A stretch of DNA of 64,000 nucleotides from Octopus vulgaris (lineage: Eukaryota). This document shows positions 1 to 13,960 of the stretch, one piece after another. The stretch lies in the NCBI GenBank assembly GCA_951406725.2, contig OX597816.1, positions 72,416,001 through 72,480,000 of the forward strand, given 5' to 3'. The notes under the pieces were generated by a model. That model searched no databases, was not told the DNA's origin, and saw only the letters and a list, made by a program, of their open reading frames with translations. Every line of letters starts with the position of its first letter. The first letter of the stretch is position 1. The translations under genes were made by a program, and so were the position numbers.

Positions 1-158
1 GTAACAAGATGGACACGAATCTTAAGAGCAGTCATGAATTAACTGGATTTAAGACGGCTAAATGAAAGAAAGTTAACCAAAACAGAAGCAAACAGATGAA
101 AACGGAAAAAACAGAACGACAGATGGACATGCAACATAAGCAAGCAAACATGTATGTA

Positions 159-194
<36 letters not shown>

Positions 195-309
195 TGTATG
201 TATGTATGTATGTATGTATGTATGTATGTATGCATGCATGCATGTATGTATATGCATAATATGCCACAGAACCTCCTAGATACCGATGTCTAAGTGTTAT
301 CTAACCCTA

Positions 310-358
<49 letters not shown>

Positions 359-704
359 TGTGTGTAATTAATATACACACGCACGTACGTACATACATAT
401 ACACAAAAGTACGACCTCTACGTCTGTGTCCAAGTCAAAAACCGACGAAGAGCCGAAATTAATGTGTGTGATACAAAGTAACTAATTTAGTTCGTCTTCA
501 AATGCTAAATGGGTTCGATTCTCCTTGCCAGCCTTTTTAGAGTATATATAGGGTATAAGTACGAGTAAATATGCAGACGAACCAGATCATAGCTGTTTAA
601 ACTATCAAACCGTCATTCTTTCGCGCGCACACACACGCACACATACAATCATATATATTATATATTTACATATATATATATAACTATATATATATATGTG
701 TGTG

Positions 705-985
<281 letters not shown>

Positions 986-1133
986 CAGGCTTCTTTTCAG
1001 TTTCCGTCTACCAAATCCATTCACAAGGCTTTTGCCCAAGACACTTGCCCAAGGTGCCACGCAGTGGGACTGAACCCGGAACCATGTGGTTGAGAAGTGA
1101 TTTTCTTACCACACACCCACTCCGGCGCTACAT

Positions 1134-2365
1134 CTTTATTATTGCCAAACTTCCTTCTCCGTAATCGTAGTCATAGTTGGTACTATTGTAGTGACGTGAT
1201 CGAAGTTTGAACCTGATCGCACCGTTTTACTTTCTGGCTTTGCAGTGTAAGCATGGCCTCTCCACTAGCAACGTGCACCAAAGAAGAACAAAAAGCAGTG
1301 ATCCGATTTCTCTGGTTGGAAGTTGTGTCAGGTGTTGAAATTCATCGGAGGCTTTCAGCACAATTGGTTAATGGTTTCAACGGTCTGGGCGACTGTGTGT
1401 GGGCGTGCATTGTCATGCAACAACAAAACTTTCTCTGACAATAGGCTTCAGCGTTTGGTGCGAATTGCTGGCTTCAGTTCTTTGGCCAGCAAAGCACTGT
1501 ATCTTGCTCACTTGATCGTAAACCCTTTTTCCAAGTAGTGTTTCAGTATAGGTCCAGTGCAAACCCACGTTTCATCTCTTGTGACTATTCCGCTAAAAAA
1601 TTCTTCGCCCTCATTATTATATATTTCTTTACTACCCACAAGGGGCTACACACATAGGGGACAAACAAGGACAGACAAAGGGATTCAGTCGATTACATCG
1701 ACCCCAGTGCTTAACTGGTACTTAATTTATCGACCCCGAAAGGATGAAAGGCAAAGTCGACCTCGGCGGAATTTTAACTCGGAACGTAGCGCCCTCATTA
1801 CTATAGCGATCGCGTAAACGTTGGTAGGCCTCAAGACGTTTGCGCTTGTGCTCTGTAGTAAGCTCTCTTGACACCCAACTTGCACAGACTTTATGGAAGC
1901 CGAACTCATCGTAGATGATTTGATAGGCAGAACCAAGACTAATCTGCAGAGAACAAGCTACCCCATCGATGATACCTCTTCGCCGGTTCATCATTACCAT
2001 CTCTACAACTTGCTGAAAATTCTCGTCGGTGGTGGGGGTAGACGGGCGTCTTGCTCCCTCTTCATGCATCAAGCTTGTCAGGCCACTTGTAAACTTCTCG
2101 ATCCCCTCATACACATTTCTACGCGGTAGTGCACTGTCCTCGTATTGTGCTAAAAGCTACCGATGAATTTCAGCACCTGACAAACCTTCCGGCCAGAGAA
2201 ATCGGATCCCTGCTCTTTGTTCTTCTTTGTTAGTGTAGCGGCCATGCCTACATTGTAAAACCAGAAAGAAAAATGGCGCATTCTGGCTCAAACTTCGATC
2301 ACGTGACTACAATAGTACCAACTATATGAACGCAGTGCGTAGAAGGCAGTGTGACAATAATAAAG
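1134..2365 (-). mobile_element. Decayed mariner transposon with an inverted duplication of its 5' end, interrupted by a SINE
   Basis: + strand 1253 encodes a mariner N-terminus (EEQKAVIRFLW...EIHRRLSAQ). - strand 2114-1790 encodes EGARRPST...HKVCASWVSRELT and - strand about 1365-1450 encodes LLLHDNARPHT. 1134-1362 is an inverted copy of about 2140-2365. Confidence 0.85.
1623..1790 (-). mobile_element. SINE family B fragment
   Basis: Shares the ATCGACCCCGAAAGGATGAAAGGCAAAGTCGACCTCGGCGGAATT core with many copies in the window. Confidence 0.9.
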
Positions 2366-2442
2366 TTATGTTATGACGAAAGTATGGATAATTTTTTACT
2401 CCCCCATCGTATACACATACACACACACACAGACACACACAC

Positions 2443-2492
<50 letters not shown>

Positions 2493-2616
2493 GTATATAT
2501 ATGTGGGAATCTGATGTTTTGCTAAAATACGGTTTAGTGCATTATTTAGTTTTGAGAGGACCTCTCATATAGACGTATGGTGCATAAAAACTAACTCGTT
2601 GGCAGGGAGCTATCGT

Positions 2617-2694
2617 CTGCTACAGGTATCTGAATTGCCAGATCACGTAATTTTAACCTGCCTGGTCTCTTCAGTGGTAGACATCCGGTAGCAG
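2617..2694 (-). ncRNA. Degenerate type I hammerhead ribozyme motif
   Basis: - strand TACCA CTGAAGA GACC AGGCA GGTT AAAA TTACGTGA TC TGGCA, with a distal stem CTGCTAC/GTAGCAG. The expected CGAAA reads TAAAA. Confidence 0.6.
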
Positions 2695-4129
2695 TATAGC
2701 AGTCGAATTTTACTATCAACAATATATAGAATTTCAGTATCTTAGGAACAATTGGCTATTTGCGGCATCAAACGATGTGTGTGTGTGCATGTGTGTGCGT
2801 GTGCATGTGTGTGTGTATGTGTGTGTGTGTGAAAGAGAAAGAAAGAGGAGAAATAAGGATAAGGGCAAGTTTATATGACAGTTCTTACAAGCTCGTTTCA
2901 ACATTATATGGTTGTTTGGAGCCCAGAAGGTGTTCCAAGTGCATCTATATGCTCAACTACAATAGATCATCAGGTAACACTTTATTGCTTATTAGGGTAA
3001 TCTGATGATATATATTATTATCATAATCATCATAATACACACACATACACACATTCTCTCTCTCACACACACACATATATATATTATATATCTTGAGATA
3101 GCCCCAGTCTGTTTCCAACCATTGCGTTTTCATCATCCATTAAAGTCCACGTTCTTGTGACTAACCCTTGGTCTTAAGTCGTGGTTGAATCCCCAGACAG
3201 AATTTGAACTCAGAATGTAAAGAACCGAAACAAATAGCAGGTGGCATCTTCTTCCACAGTCTGATATGCCTCCCACTTGTCTTTCTTTCTTTCTTTCTTT
3301 CACATGCCCCCTACCCCCACTCTCTATTACCTCCCACGTTCACTTACAGAAACACACTCTCCTCTCCCTCTCTAATTTCTCTTTTTGGTTTCACCCCTCC
3401 TCCTCCGCAGACTCCGCATCCTCATCATCATCATCGTCGTTCTCCCCTCTCCTTCCTCCTCCTCCTTCTTTCATTTATATATTCTCCCTCTTTCTTAATC
3501 TTTCTTTTTCTCCATTCATTTTCCGCTTAAAACTTTTCTGCATCTTGTTTGATATTTGTTTTTGCTTCAATTTATTTTAAAATTTATTTTCTTTATTCAT
3601 ACAGTTGTTTTCTCTTTCCTTTTCTTTCTTCTTTTATCCTTCCTTCCTCCTCTCTTCTTTTTCTTCTTTCATTTTCTTTCATTTCGTTCTGTCTTTCTTC
3701 TCTTTCTGCAATGTCCTCCGCACCAATTTTGGATTCATTAATGTTATAACATTTCTTATCAGAACTGCCGGCACCAAGCAATTTCTAATTTCCTTCATCT
3801 CACCATAAATTGAACGACAAACAAACAAGCAAACATAAACAACACCAACAATAACAACAATATCAACAACATCAACAACAACACGAACATCAACATTTTC
3901 ATGAATCGCAAAGACATGAGCACGACAGACAGAGCAAGCAGATAATATAAACATACCCTGCATATGGTGATTGGAGTGACCTGCTAGATATAGCAACCAA
4001 ATTTCGCTGAAACCAAATACCGCCATCTTAAAAAATGATAACAGTTGTTGTATTTGATAATGTAGTATTAAGTCCATGACATCTATAACAAAAAAGAACT
4101 GGTCATTACTCTTTACTCTTTTACTCTTA

Positions 4130-4361
4130 CTCTTTTACTTGTTTCAGTCATTTGACTGCGGTCATGCTGGAGCACCGCCTTTAGTCGAGCAAATCGACCC
4201 CAGGACTTATTCCTTGTAAGCCTAGTACTTATTCTATCGGTTTCTTTTGCCAAACCGCTAGGTTACGGGGACGTAAACACACCAGCATTGGTTGTCAAGC
4301 GATGCTGGGGCAAACACAGACACACAAACATATACACACACGTACACACACACACACACAT

Positions 4362-4411
<50 letters not shown>

Positions 4412-4412
4412 G

Positions 4413-4459
<47 letters not shown>

Positions 4460-5011
4460 TCTTTTACTTGTTTCTGTCATTTGACTGCGGCCATGCTGGA
4501 GCACCGCCTTTAATCGAGCAACTCGACCCCGGGACTTATTCTTTTGTAAGCCCAGTACTTATTCTATTGGTCTCTTTTGCCGAACCGCTAAGTAACGGGG
4601 ACGTAAACACATCAGCATCGGTTGTCAAGCAATACTAGGGGGACAAACACAGACACACAAACATACACGCACACACATATATATATATATATACATATCT
4701 ACGACGGGCGTCTTTCAATTTCCGTCTACCAAATCTACTCACAAGGCATTGGTCGGCCCGGGGCTATAGCAGAAGACACTTGCCCAAGGTGCCACGCAGT
4801 GGGACTGAACCCGGAACCATGTGGTTGGTTAGCAAGCTACTTACCACACGACGGGCTTCTTTCAGTTTCTGTCTACCAAATTCACTCACAAGGCTTTGGT
4901 CGGCCCGAGGCTTTAGTAGAAGACACTTGCCCAAGGTGCCACGCAGTGGGACTGAACCCGGAACCATGTGGTTCGTAAGCAAGCTACTACCACCAGCCAC
5001 TCCTACGCCTA
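4130..5011 (-). mobile_element. SINE family A copies (tRNA-like head, CORE-like CCTTGGGCAAGT motif, internal microsatellite); head duplicated in tandem
   Basis: Two 3' halves (4130-4330, 4457-4660) and two heads (about 4700-4849, 4850-5011) match the copies at 8848, 9525, 19996, 38820 and 55150. Confidence 0.9.
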
Positions 5012-5180
5012 TATCAAAAAAGAAAATAAATTCCGGAACTGGTCATTGCTAGAATATTTTCAATCATAGGTTTGCTCAGTAAGGCGTAACCTGGGGTTAA
5101 ACAACAACGAATCCAATGGCGACGAGAAGACACTATTATCCTCATGATTATCATCACCAATGCCATCATCATCAGCAGCA

Positions 5181-5551
5181 GGAGGCGCAATGGCCCAATG
5201 GTTAGGGCAGCGGACCCGCGGTCGGAGGATCGCGGTTTCGATTCCCAAACCGGGCGTTGTGTGTGTTTATTGTGCGAAAACGCCTAAAGCTCCACGAGGC
5301 TCCGGCAGGGGGTGGGGGGTGGCGACCCCTGCTGTACTCTTTCGCACCAACTTTCCCTCACTCTTTCTTCCTGTTTCTTATCCCCGACTTCCTACGCAAC
5401 CGCTGAGCCTGGATGCATATTCATCCATCCGTCGATGCTCTCGGTGTCGGGGGTTGACCTGCTTTCTCTTCTACGGGTCTTACGAATAGTAAAGGACCAC
5501 GATTCGGACTTCTCCCATTGCAGGCTCTTGGACGAAGACCGCTTCGCTCAA
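5181..5551 (+). mobile_element. SINE family D (tRNA-Arg-like head), tail type T2
   Basis: A box TGGCCCAATGG, B-box-like GGTTTCGATTCCC, flanking CAGCAGCA direct repeat (5173-5180/5552-5559); matches 23368-23742. Confidence 0.9.
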
Positions 5552-5907
5552 CAGCAGCAACATCTACAAAAGCAGTGATAGCAATAACATTGACAACCTC
5601 GTCGACAGCAATGCCATGAAGAACAACAGCAACGCCAATAAGATATTTTTTCCTAATTTTGATACGACGCCATTAATTTAAGGGGAGGGGATAAGCCGAT
5701 TGCAACGACCCCAGTGCTTCACAGGTATTTTATTTTATTGTCCCCCGAAAGGATGAAAAGCAAAGATGACCTCAGCGGAATTCGAAATACTTCAAAGAAT
5801 TTTGTCCGACGTGCCATGATGATTCTGCTAGCTCTCCACCTCGCAACAGCAATATAATAATATTGATAATAATAATAATGATAATAATAATGATAATAAT
5901 AATAATG

Positions 5908-5974
<67 letters not shown>

Positions 5975-6755
5975 CAACAATATCGTAAAGTACAATATAT
6001 GAATTAATTGTACGAACAACAATGGAGAAAATTAAGAAGAAAAGAGAAGAAGAAAAAGGAGGAGGAGGAGGAGGAAGAAAAAGGAGGAGGAGGAAGAAGA
6101 GGAGAAGGAAGAAGAAGAAGAAGAAGAAGAAGAAGAGGAAAACATCAACGATGAAAAAAATTCAATGGCGCAGACAACACCCGTAAACGAAAACAAAAAC
6201 AATATCAACAGCATCACCAGAAAATATACGCCATTAACAAAGATGGCGGCCACTACTACCACCGCCACCACCACCGCCACCACCACCGCCACCACCACCG
6301 CCACCACCACCACCACCACCACAAAAAGCATCAATAGAGGAGCCGTATATATATGTGTGTTCGTGTGTGTGTGTATGTTTATACGCATGTGTATATACAC
6401 ATATAATTCAATGCAATGTAATGTACTTCATGTGACTGTATATGTATGTATATACATACATACGTACGTACACACTCATATATATATATATATACACACA
6501 TACATACGTACGTACATACATATACGCACACACAAACGTGTATGTACACTCACATGCATACACCTTTGTGTTAAACACCAAATAATCATAGAAGAGGAAC
6601 ACTGTGAAATCACCTCACTGTTCTTTTTATGTTTATTTTCGTTATTTACTTTTTTATGTAAGTTTATGTTGTTATATTGCTAATTTAGATACCGGTGGCA
6701 GCAGCGGCAGCGGCAGCAGCAGCAGCAGTAGTAGTGATAGTAGTGACGATATTGA

Positions 6756-6800
<45 letters not shown>

Positions 6801-7063
6801 TGAGGGTTGATTTTAGGGGCGGGTTATCTCTACGTGCGTGTATATGCTCGAATGTGCATGTACGCGTTCAGATGAGTGTATGTGTATGATTTTACGTGTT
6901 TGCTTGTATGTATGTATGTATGTATGTATGTATGTATGTCAGTGTACCAGTGATTGTGTCTATATGTATGCAAGAATGCATGTATGTTTGTATGTATTCA
7001 TATATGTGTATAGGTTTGTGTATCCGTTTACACATATGCATGTGTATACATATATGTTTGAAA

Positions 7064-7104
<41 letters not shown>

Positions 7105-7217
7105 CATGGCTGCGTCCATATGTATGCATACATGCATGTATGCTTGTATTTATTCATGTATGTATGCATGTTTTCTATACATGTGCGGGAGAGGGAGAGA
7201 GATAGATAGATAGATAG

Positions 7218-7287
<70 letters not shown>

Positions 7288-8764
7288 TTTCTATGTGTGT
7301 ATTCATGTGCGTGCGTGTATGCATATGTTTATTTGTGTGTGTGTGTGTGTATGCGTGTGTGTGTGTGTTTCTTTCGCAAAAATGTCCGCTCTATATTATT
7401 CTGTAAACTTCCCGTAAAAATGATATTAAAAGCGATTTGCAATTCATAAAATAGAATATGCATATAGAATTACCAGATTTTCAACGAATTTTAATTAATT
7501 CAGAAATACTGTGAAATTGTTCAATTTACACCATACGGAAGTGCTGCCTTTTCGGTCCCTTGGCAATTCCTAACTGAAAGGGCTGTTTGCATAAAAATCA
7601 AAACTTTAATTACCTTAACTTTAAAAAAAAAAAATAAATAATAATAATAATAATAAACGAGAAATAATAAAAGTATAAAGAAAAAAATTAAAACAATAAA
7701 TAAAAAAGAGTAAAAAAATCGAAATATTGAAATATTAAACGAAAGAATACACATACACACATGCATGTGCGCGCGCACTTCTCTACATTTTCACATGCAC
7801 AGAAGCGTGCGCGCAAGAGTTACCACACTTGTATGCAAATATACACATAGATGTATACAAAAGCATGCGCACATATATGTATATCACTATAGGTGTATAT
7901 ATGTTGTATGTGTATGTGTGTGTGTTGCATGCATACATCTGTGTGCTTACGTATCTAGCTTTCTTTTTTCGTTCTGTCTGTCTGTCTCTCTCTTTATGTG
8001 TACAATATGTATTTTTGCATTTATGTATGTGTGTATGTATGTATGTATGTATGTATGTATGTATGTATGTATGTATGTATGTATGTATATATGTGTATAC
8101 GTACACACGAAAAGGGAGAGAGTAATTATCAAGGAGCAAAGGAAAGAGGGACAAAAATCCAAAGCTCCTACACGCATATGCTTTCCATCAAACACGCCAT
8201 ACCTCCAACACCCACGCAGAACACAAACGCACACTGACATACGCATATATAATTACATGGCTTTATATTGACAATCGCATGTACACATATAATTACAGCT
8301 AATCGTAAGCATTGGAATATTTAAGTCAATCTGTGGTTGAACGAGGGATGGACAGACAGACTGACAGACAGACAAACAGACAGATTAAAATAAATTAGCA
8401 TAGGCGGGAATAGTTGTGATTCTCCACCTACAAATGACATACATACACACATTTGGATGCTTACTAACATAAGGGTATACGTGCATATCTATGTGCATAT
8501 ATGCTTATCCATACATATGCAGAGGCTGAAAAAATGAACACACAGGTCATTGTACTAAAAACATATTTTTGATACGTTGAAAACAGACAGTTTTAATAAG
8601 GCCATAAACTATAGGTGTTTAATGTCAATCACCTCAATTCGCCTTCTCTTAATTGATAAACCAAGTAATTCACACTTTCACTGAATATAAAAAAAAATTA
8701 ATCATACTGGCACTTGCGTGCATACACGTATATACATATATACATACATACATACATACATACA

Positions 8765-8847
<83 letters not shown>

Positions 8848-8849
<2 letters not shown>

Positions 8850-9262
8850 TCTTTTACTCTTTTACTTGTTTCAGTCATTTGACTGCGGCCATGCTGGAGC
8901 ACCGCCTTTAGTCGAGCAACTCGACCCCGGGACTTATTCTTTGTAAGCCCAGTACTTATTCTATCAGTCTCTTTTTGCCGAACCGCTAAGTGACGGGGAC
9001 GTAAGCACATCAGCATCGGTTATCAAGCAATGCTATGGGTACAAACACAGACACACAAACATACACACATACATATATATATATATATATACATATATAC
9101 GACAGGCTTTTTTCAGTTTCCGTCTACCAAATCCACTCACAAGGCATTGGTCGGCCCGGGGCTATAGCAGAAGACACTTGCCCAAGATGCCACGCAGTGG
9201 ACTGAACCCGGAACCATGTGGTTGGTTAGCAAGCTACTTACCACACAGCCACTCCTGCGCCT
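8848..9262 (-). mobile_element. SINE family A, near full length
   Basis: Head GGCGCAGGAGTGGCTGTGTGGTAAG on - strand, tail ending GACTGAAACAAGTAAAAGAGT. Confidence 0.92.
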
Positions 9263-9282
9263 ATATATATATATATATATAT

Positions 9283-9465
9283 AAAAGGGAAAGTTTACGA
9301 AAATAAACAAAAGACGATGGCAGGTGGAGTACAAACAAACAAATGTATTAGTATAGCGCTCAGGAATAGAAAAACTCTTTTACGTTTCGAGCCTACGCTC
9401 TACGACAGAAAGATACACAGAAAAAAACAAGGAGAGAAACAAGGAGAGAAAAAAATGCGCTAACG
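9283..9465 (-). mobile_element. Penelope-like pLTR fragment with a degenerate minimal HHR at 9376-9413
   Basis: - strand TCTTT CTGTCGT A GAGC GTAG GCTC GAAA CG TA AAAGA. 3' end runs into (TA)n. Homologous to 22750-22877. Confidence 0.65.
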
Positions 9466-9524
9466 ATATATATACATTCATGCTTGCATGCATACACACA
9501 AGCGTTCGTACGTACATATATACA

Positions 9525-9704
9525 TGGCTGTGTGGTAAGGAGCTTACTTCCCAACCATATGATTCCAGGTTTAGGTCCCATTGCGTGGCACCTTGGTCAA
9601 GTGCCTTCTACTATAGCCTCGGTCCGACTAAAGCCTTGTGAGTGGATTTGGTAGCCGGAAACTGGAAGAAGCTCGCCGTATATATGTATACATGTATATA
9701 TATA

Positions 9705-9754
<50 letters not shown>

Positions 9755-9965
9755 TGTCTGTCTGTGTTAGTCCCACCACAATCGCTTGACAACTGATGCT
9801 GGTGTGTTTATGTCTCTGTAACTTAGCGGCTCGGCAAAGGAGTCCGATAGAATTAGTACTAGGCTTACAAAGGATAAGTCCTGGAGTCGATTTCTTCGAC
9901 TAAACCCCTTCAAGGCGGTGCTTTAGCATGGCCGCAGTCAAATGACTGAAACAAGTAAAAGAATA
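9525..9965 (+). mobile_element. SINE family A
   Basis: Reverse complement of 8848-9262 with an internal (TG)n. Confidence 0.9.
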
Positions 9966-9973
9966 AAAGAATG

Positions 9974-10320
9974 CATACATACATCCATACATTACATGCA
10001 TACATGCGGACATACATACATACATACATACATACATACATACGTACGTACGTAATACATACATACGTAGGTACGTAGATACATACATATATACATATGT
10101 ACATACATACATAGGTACGTACATACATACGTACTTACATACATACATAAGTAGGTACATACATACATACATATATACATACATACATACATACGTACGT
10201 ACATACATACATAAGTAGGTACGTACATACATACATACATATATACATACATACATACATACATACATACATACATACATACATACATACATACATACAT
10301 ACATACATACATACATACAC
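9974..10320. repeat. (CATA)n microsatellite, degenerate
   Basis: Visible array. Confidence 0.95.
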
Positions 10321-10339
10321 ACTTATGAATTTGACTACC

Positions 10340-10581
10340 TCTTGTACCTACACCTTAGATTCATCATGGCGTCCGATGTGGCTTTTTAAACCAGACGATG
10401 TATTGAAAAGGCACTCACATAAGCGATACGGACCACCAAGAACTGCAGTTAATTTCTGATCTTTGTGTCTTAAAATGTCTTTTGAGGCCTCCGTTAGAAT
10501 TGCAGACCTTATGGCATACACGGCATTGAAAGGTGTGCATAGATATATAGGCAGAATAGTTGGTGGAAGTTCGTTTTTCAT
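10340..10581 (-). mobile_element. Possible 3' end of an RTE-like LINE
   Basis: ORF ends in a C2H2-like motif (RLCECLFNTSSGLKSHIGRH), as seen at the C-terminus of some RTE-clade ORF2 proteins. Confidence 0.4.
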
Positions 10582-10750
10582 GAGTCCTCATACATACAGA
10601 TTTGTATGTTTCATGTATGTATTCTCATGCATATATTGGCATGTATGTGTAGTACAGTATAGCATGTTACTTTACAGTATCACTATCGTTAGGAAAAAGA
10701 AAACTTCAGACGTTGGTAGAGATAATGTTTTACGAGTATTATAGGAATTT

Positions 10751-10960
10751 AAGGCGGCGAACTGGCAGAATCGTTAGCGCACCGGGCAAAATGTTCAGCG
10801 ACGTTTCGCCTGTCTTTACGTTCCGATTTTAAATTCCATCGAGGTCAACTTGATCTTTTCGGGGCCGATAAAACAAGTACCTGGTGATAACTGGGGTCGA
10901 TGTAATCGACTTCCTCCTCTTAGAAAAAACTGCTGGCCCCGTGCCAAAATCTAAAACCAT
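10751..10960 (+). mobile_element. SINE family B
   Basis: AAGGCGGCGAACTGGCAGAATCGTTAGC head followed by a degenerate family core. Confidence 0.85.
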
Positions 10961-11357
10961 TATGGGAAATTTAAAATATCAGTATCTTAATGTGACCAGT
11001 GGTTTTCTCCTGGGCCGGAAACCGTGGTGTGTTGTTGAAGATGATGATATTGAGCCCACGATCAATGACCTTCCAGCTGTAACCAATTTTTTAAAGACGG
11101 TAAAGTCTGAATCAAGGAAGATTTTGGCTGCTATTTCTAGGTGTACTATCGATTATATTGTTGTAATGCTTATCTCCAGGTCAACCTTGATTGAGCAAAC
11201 ATATGGTTAAAGGGACGCCGACTATAACCGTCCCATCTTTTTGGGGTTATCTAGAACCACCAAATTTAACGTACCTTTTCTTTATTTTGAAATTTGAAGT
11301 GTGATATGAGGGAAATTTGGCTACTGTTTACAGCAGGTTCATTGCCGGTGTAGGAGG

Positions 11358-11687
11358 AGATCCCCTTCGATCATGAATGACCATGGGATTGCACCTAGAA
11401 AGTTACCCTCCAGGCACAATTCCAGGCAAGGTTGTTTATGGAAGACCAACAGTCGCCCATGCATACCAGCCTCCCTTCTCCACACCACTGATGTTATCCA
11501 AAGGAAAGGCAAAGGGGCCGATACAGCTTGGCACCAGTGATGTCGCAACTCATTTCTATAGCTGAGTTAACTGGAGCAACGCGAAATAAAGTGTCTTGCT
11601 CAAGAACACAACACGCAGCCCCGACGGGGAATTGAACTCACAATCTCATGATCGTAAGCTCGACGCTCTAACCACTGAGCCATGCCG
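11358..11687 (-). mobile_element. SINE family C (head H2 + tail T3)
   Basis: tRNA-like head on - strand (GGCATGGCTCAGTGGTTAGAGC...GAGTTCAATTCCCC); matches 63701-63960 and 20405-20638. Confidence 0.88.
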
Positions 11688-12056
11688 GTGTACATTGAAA
11701 TAATAATGATGGTACCCAGATCAGCTCTGATTCAACAGATTTATGATTAAGGTCCTCCAGTTGTGACCATATCGTCTTTCTGGCAGACATAATGAATATA
11801 GACTATGTTATTGTTTACAAATTTTGGCTCGAGGTCAACAATTTCGGGAGAGAGGGAAAATCGATAATATAAGTACCATGATCAATTGGTACTTATTTTA
11901 TCGATTCCGAAAGGATACAAAAAAAAAAAGTTTACCTCGGCGGTGTTTGAAATTAGAAAATGAAGACGAACGAAATACTGCCAAGCATTTCGCCGAGCGT
12001 GCTAAAGAGTCCGCCAAGTCGCTTCGTTAATATAGACTGATATTAAAATTCTAGTA

Positions 12057-12647
12057 AGGCGGCGAGCTGGCAGAAAAGTTAGCACGCCGGGCGAAATACT
12101 TGGCGGTATTTCGCCTACCACTACGTTCTGAGTTCAAATTCCGCCGAGGACGACTTTGCCTTTCATGCTTTCGGGGTCGATTAAATAAGTACCAGTTACA
12201 CACTGGGGTCGATGTAATCGACTTAATCCGTTTGTCTATCCTTGTTTGTCCTCTCTGTGTTTAACCCCTTGAGGGTAGTAAAGAAAGAGGTATTTCGTCT
12301 GCCGCTACGTTCTGAGTTCAAATTCCGCCGAGGTCGACTTTGCCTTTCATCCTTTCGGGGTCGATTAAAATAAGTACCTGTTACGCACTGGGGTCGATAT
12401 AATCGACTTAATCCGTTTGTCTGTCCTTGTTTGTCCTCTCTGTGTTTAGCCCCTTGTGGGTAGTAAAAAAAAATAGGTATTTCGTCTGCCGCTACGTTCT
12501 GAGTTCAAATTCCGCCGAAGTCGACTTTGCCTTTCATCCTTTCGGGGTCGATTAAAATAAATACCAGTTACGCACTGGGGTCGATATTATCGACTATCCT
12601 CCTCCCCACAAAAATTTCAGGCCTTGTGTCTGTAGAAGGAAAGGATA
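12057..12647 (+). mobile_element. SINE family B with three internal tandem units of about 185 bp
   Basis: GGTATTTCG recurs at 12105, 12289 and 12476. Confidence 0.92.
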
Positions 12648-13136
12648 TTAAAAATGTTACTGGTAGCGGCCATGTTGGTTTCTTTCGATTGTTATGATAT
12701 CGTTGCTGGTGGTAGTAGTGGTAGTGGTGTAGTGGTAGTGTTTGCGATAGATAGCTATAGATAGTAATGGTGTGTATAGGGTTGGTAGGGAGGCCGTGAA
12801 TGCTTTGCTATTCAATATTATTATTCATTCAGCGAACCAGATTGTATTTGTCTTTTAAGATTTTGTTGTTAGTGTGTCAGACTTTATCTAACTTAACCAT
12901 CTAATTACTTTTACGCTGCCTTTGTCGTCACCGCATCCTATTCTTGCCGTATCAGCTTTATTCCCCGATGCTTGCATCATTTCCCGCCACACTCGATTCT
13001 TGTGCCATAACCCTTATTCCCACGAGAACTGTCCCTGCCACAAATATGACCGCCACAATCAAAATAATCGAATAGGATTATTCGCAGCTCTTAGCTCTCT
13101 CTCTCCTTCTCTTATCGCCTTGATGTTGAGCAGATT

Positions 13137-13960
<824 letters not shown>

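Noticed and set aside
438-465. CCGACGAAGAGCCGAAATTAA HHR-like string
   Set aside because: No stem II, stem I or NUH site can be formed.
2876-2982. Minus-strand CTGATGA ... GAAACGAGCTTGTA
   Set aside because: Stem III is plausible but stem I is mismatched next to the core and stem II is undefined.
5181-5260. tRNA-Arg-like sequences (also 23670, 36691, 37842, 47100)
   Set aside because: They are SINE heads continuous with SINE bodies and TSDs, not standalone tRNA genes.
12105-12600. Regular repeats as a CRISPR array
   Set aside because: Whole ~185-bp units repeat with no unique spacers; eukaryotic SINE context and no cas genes.
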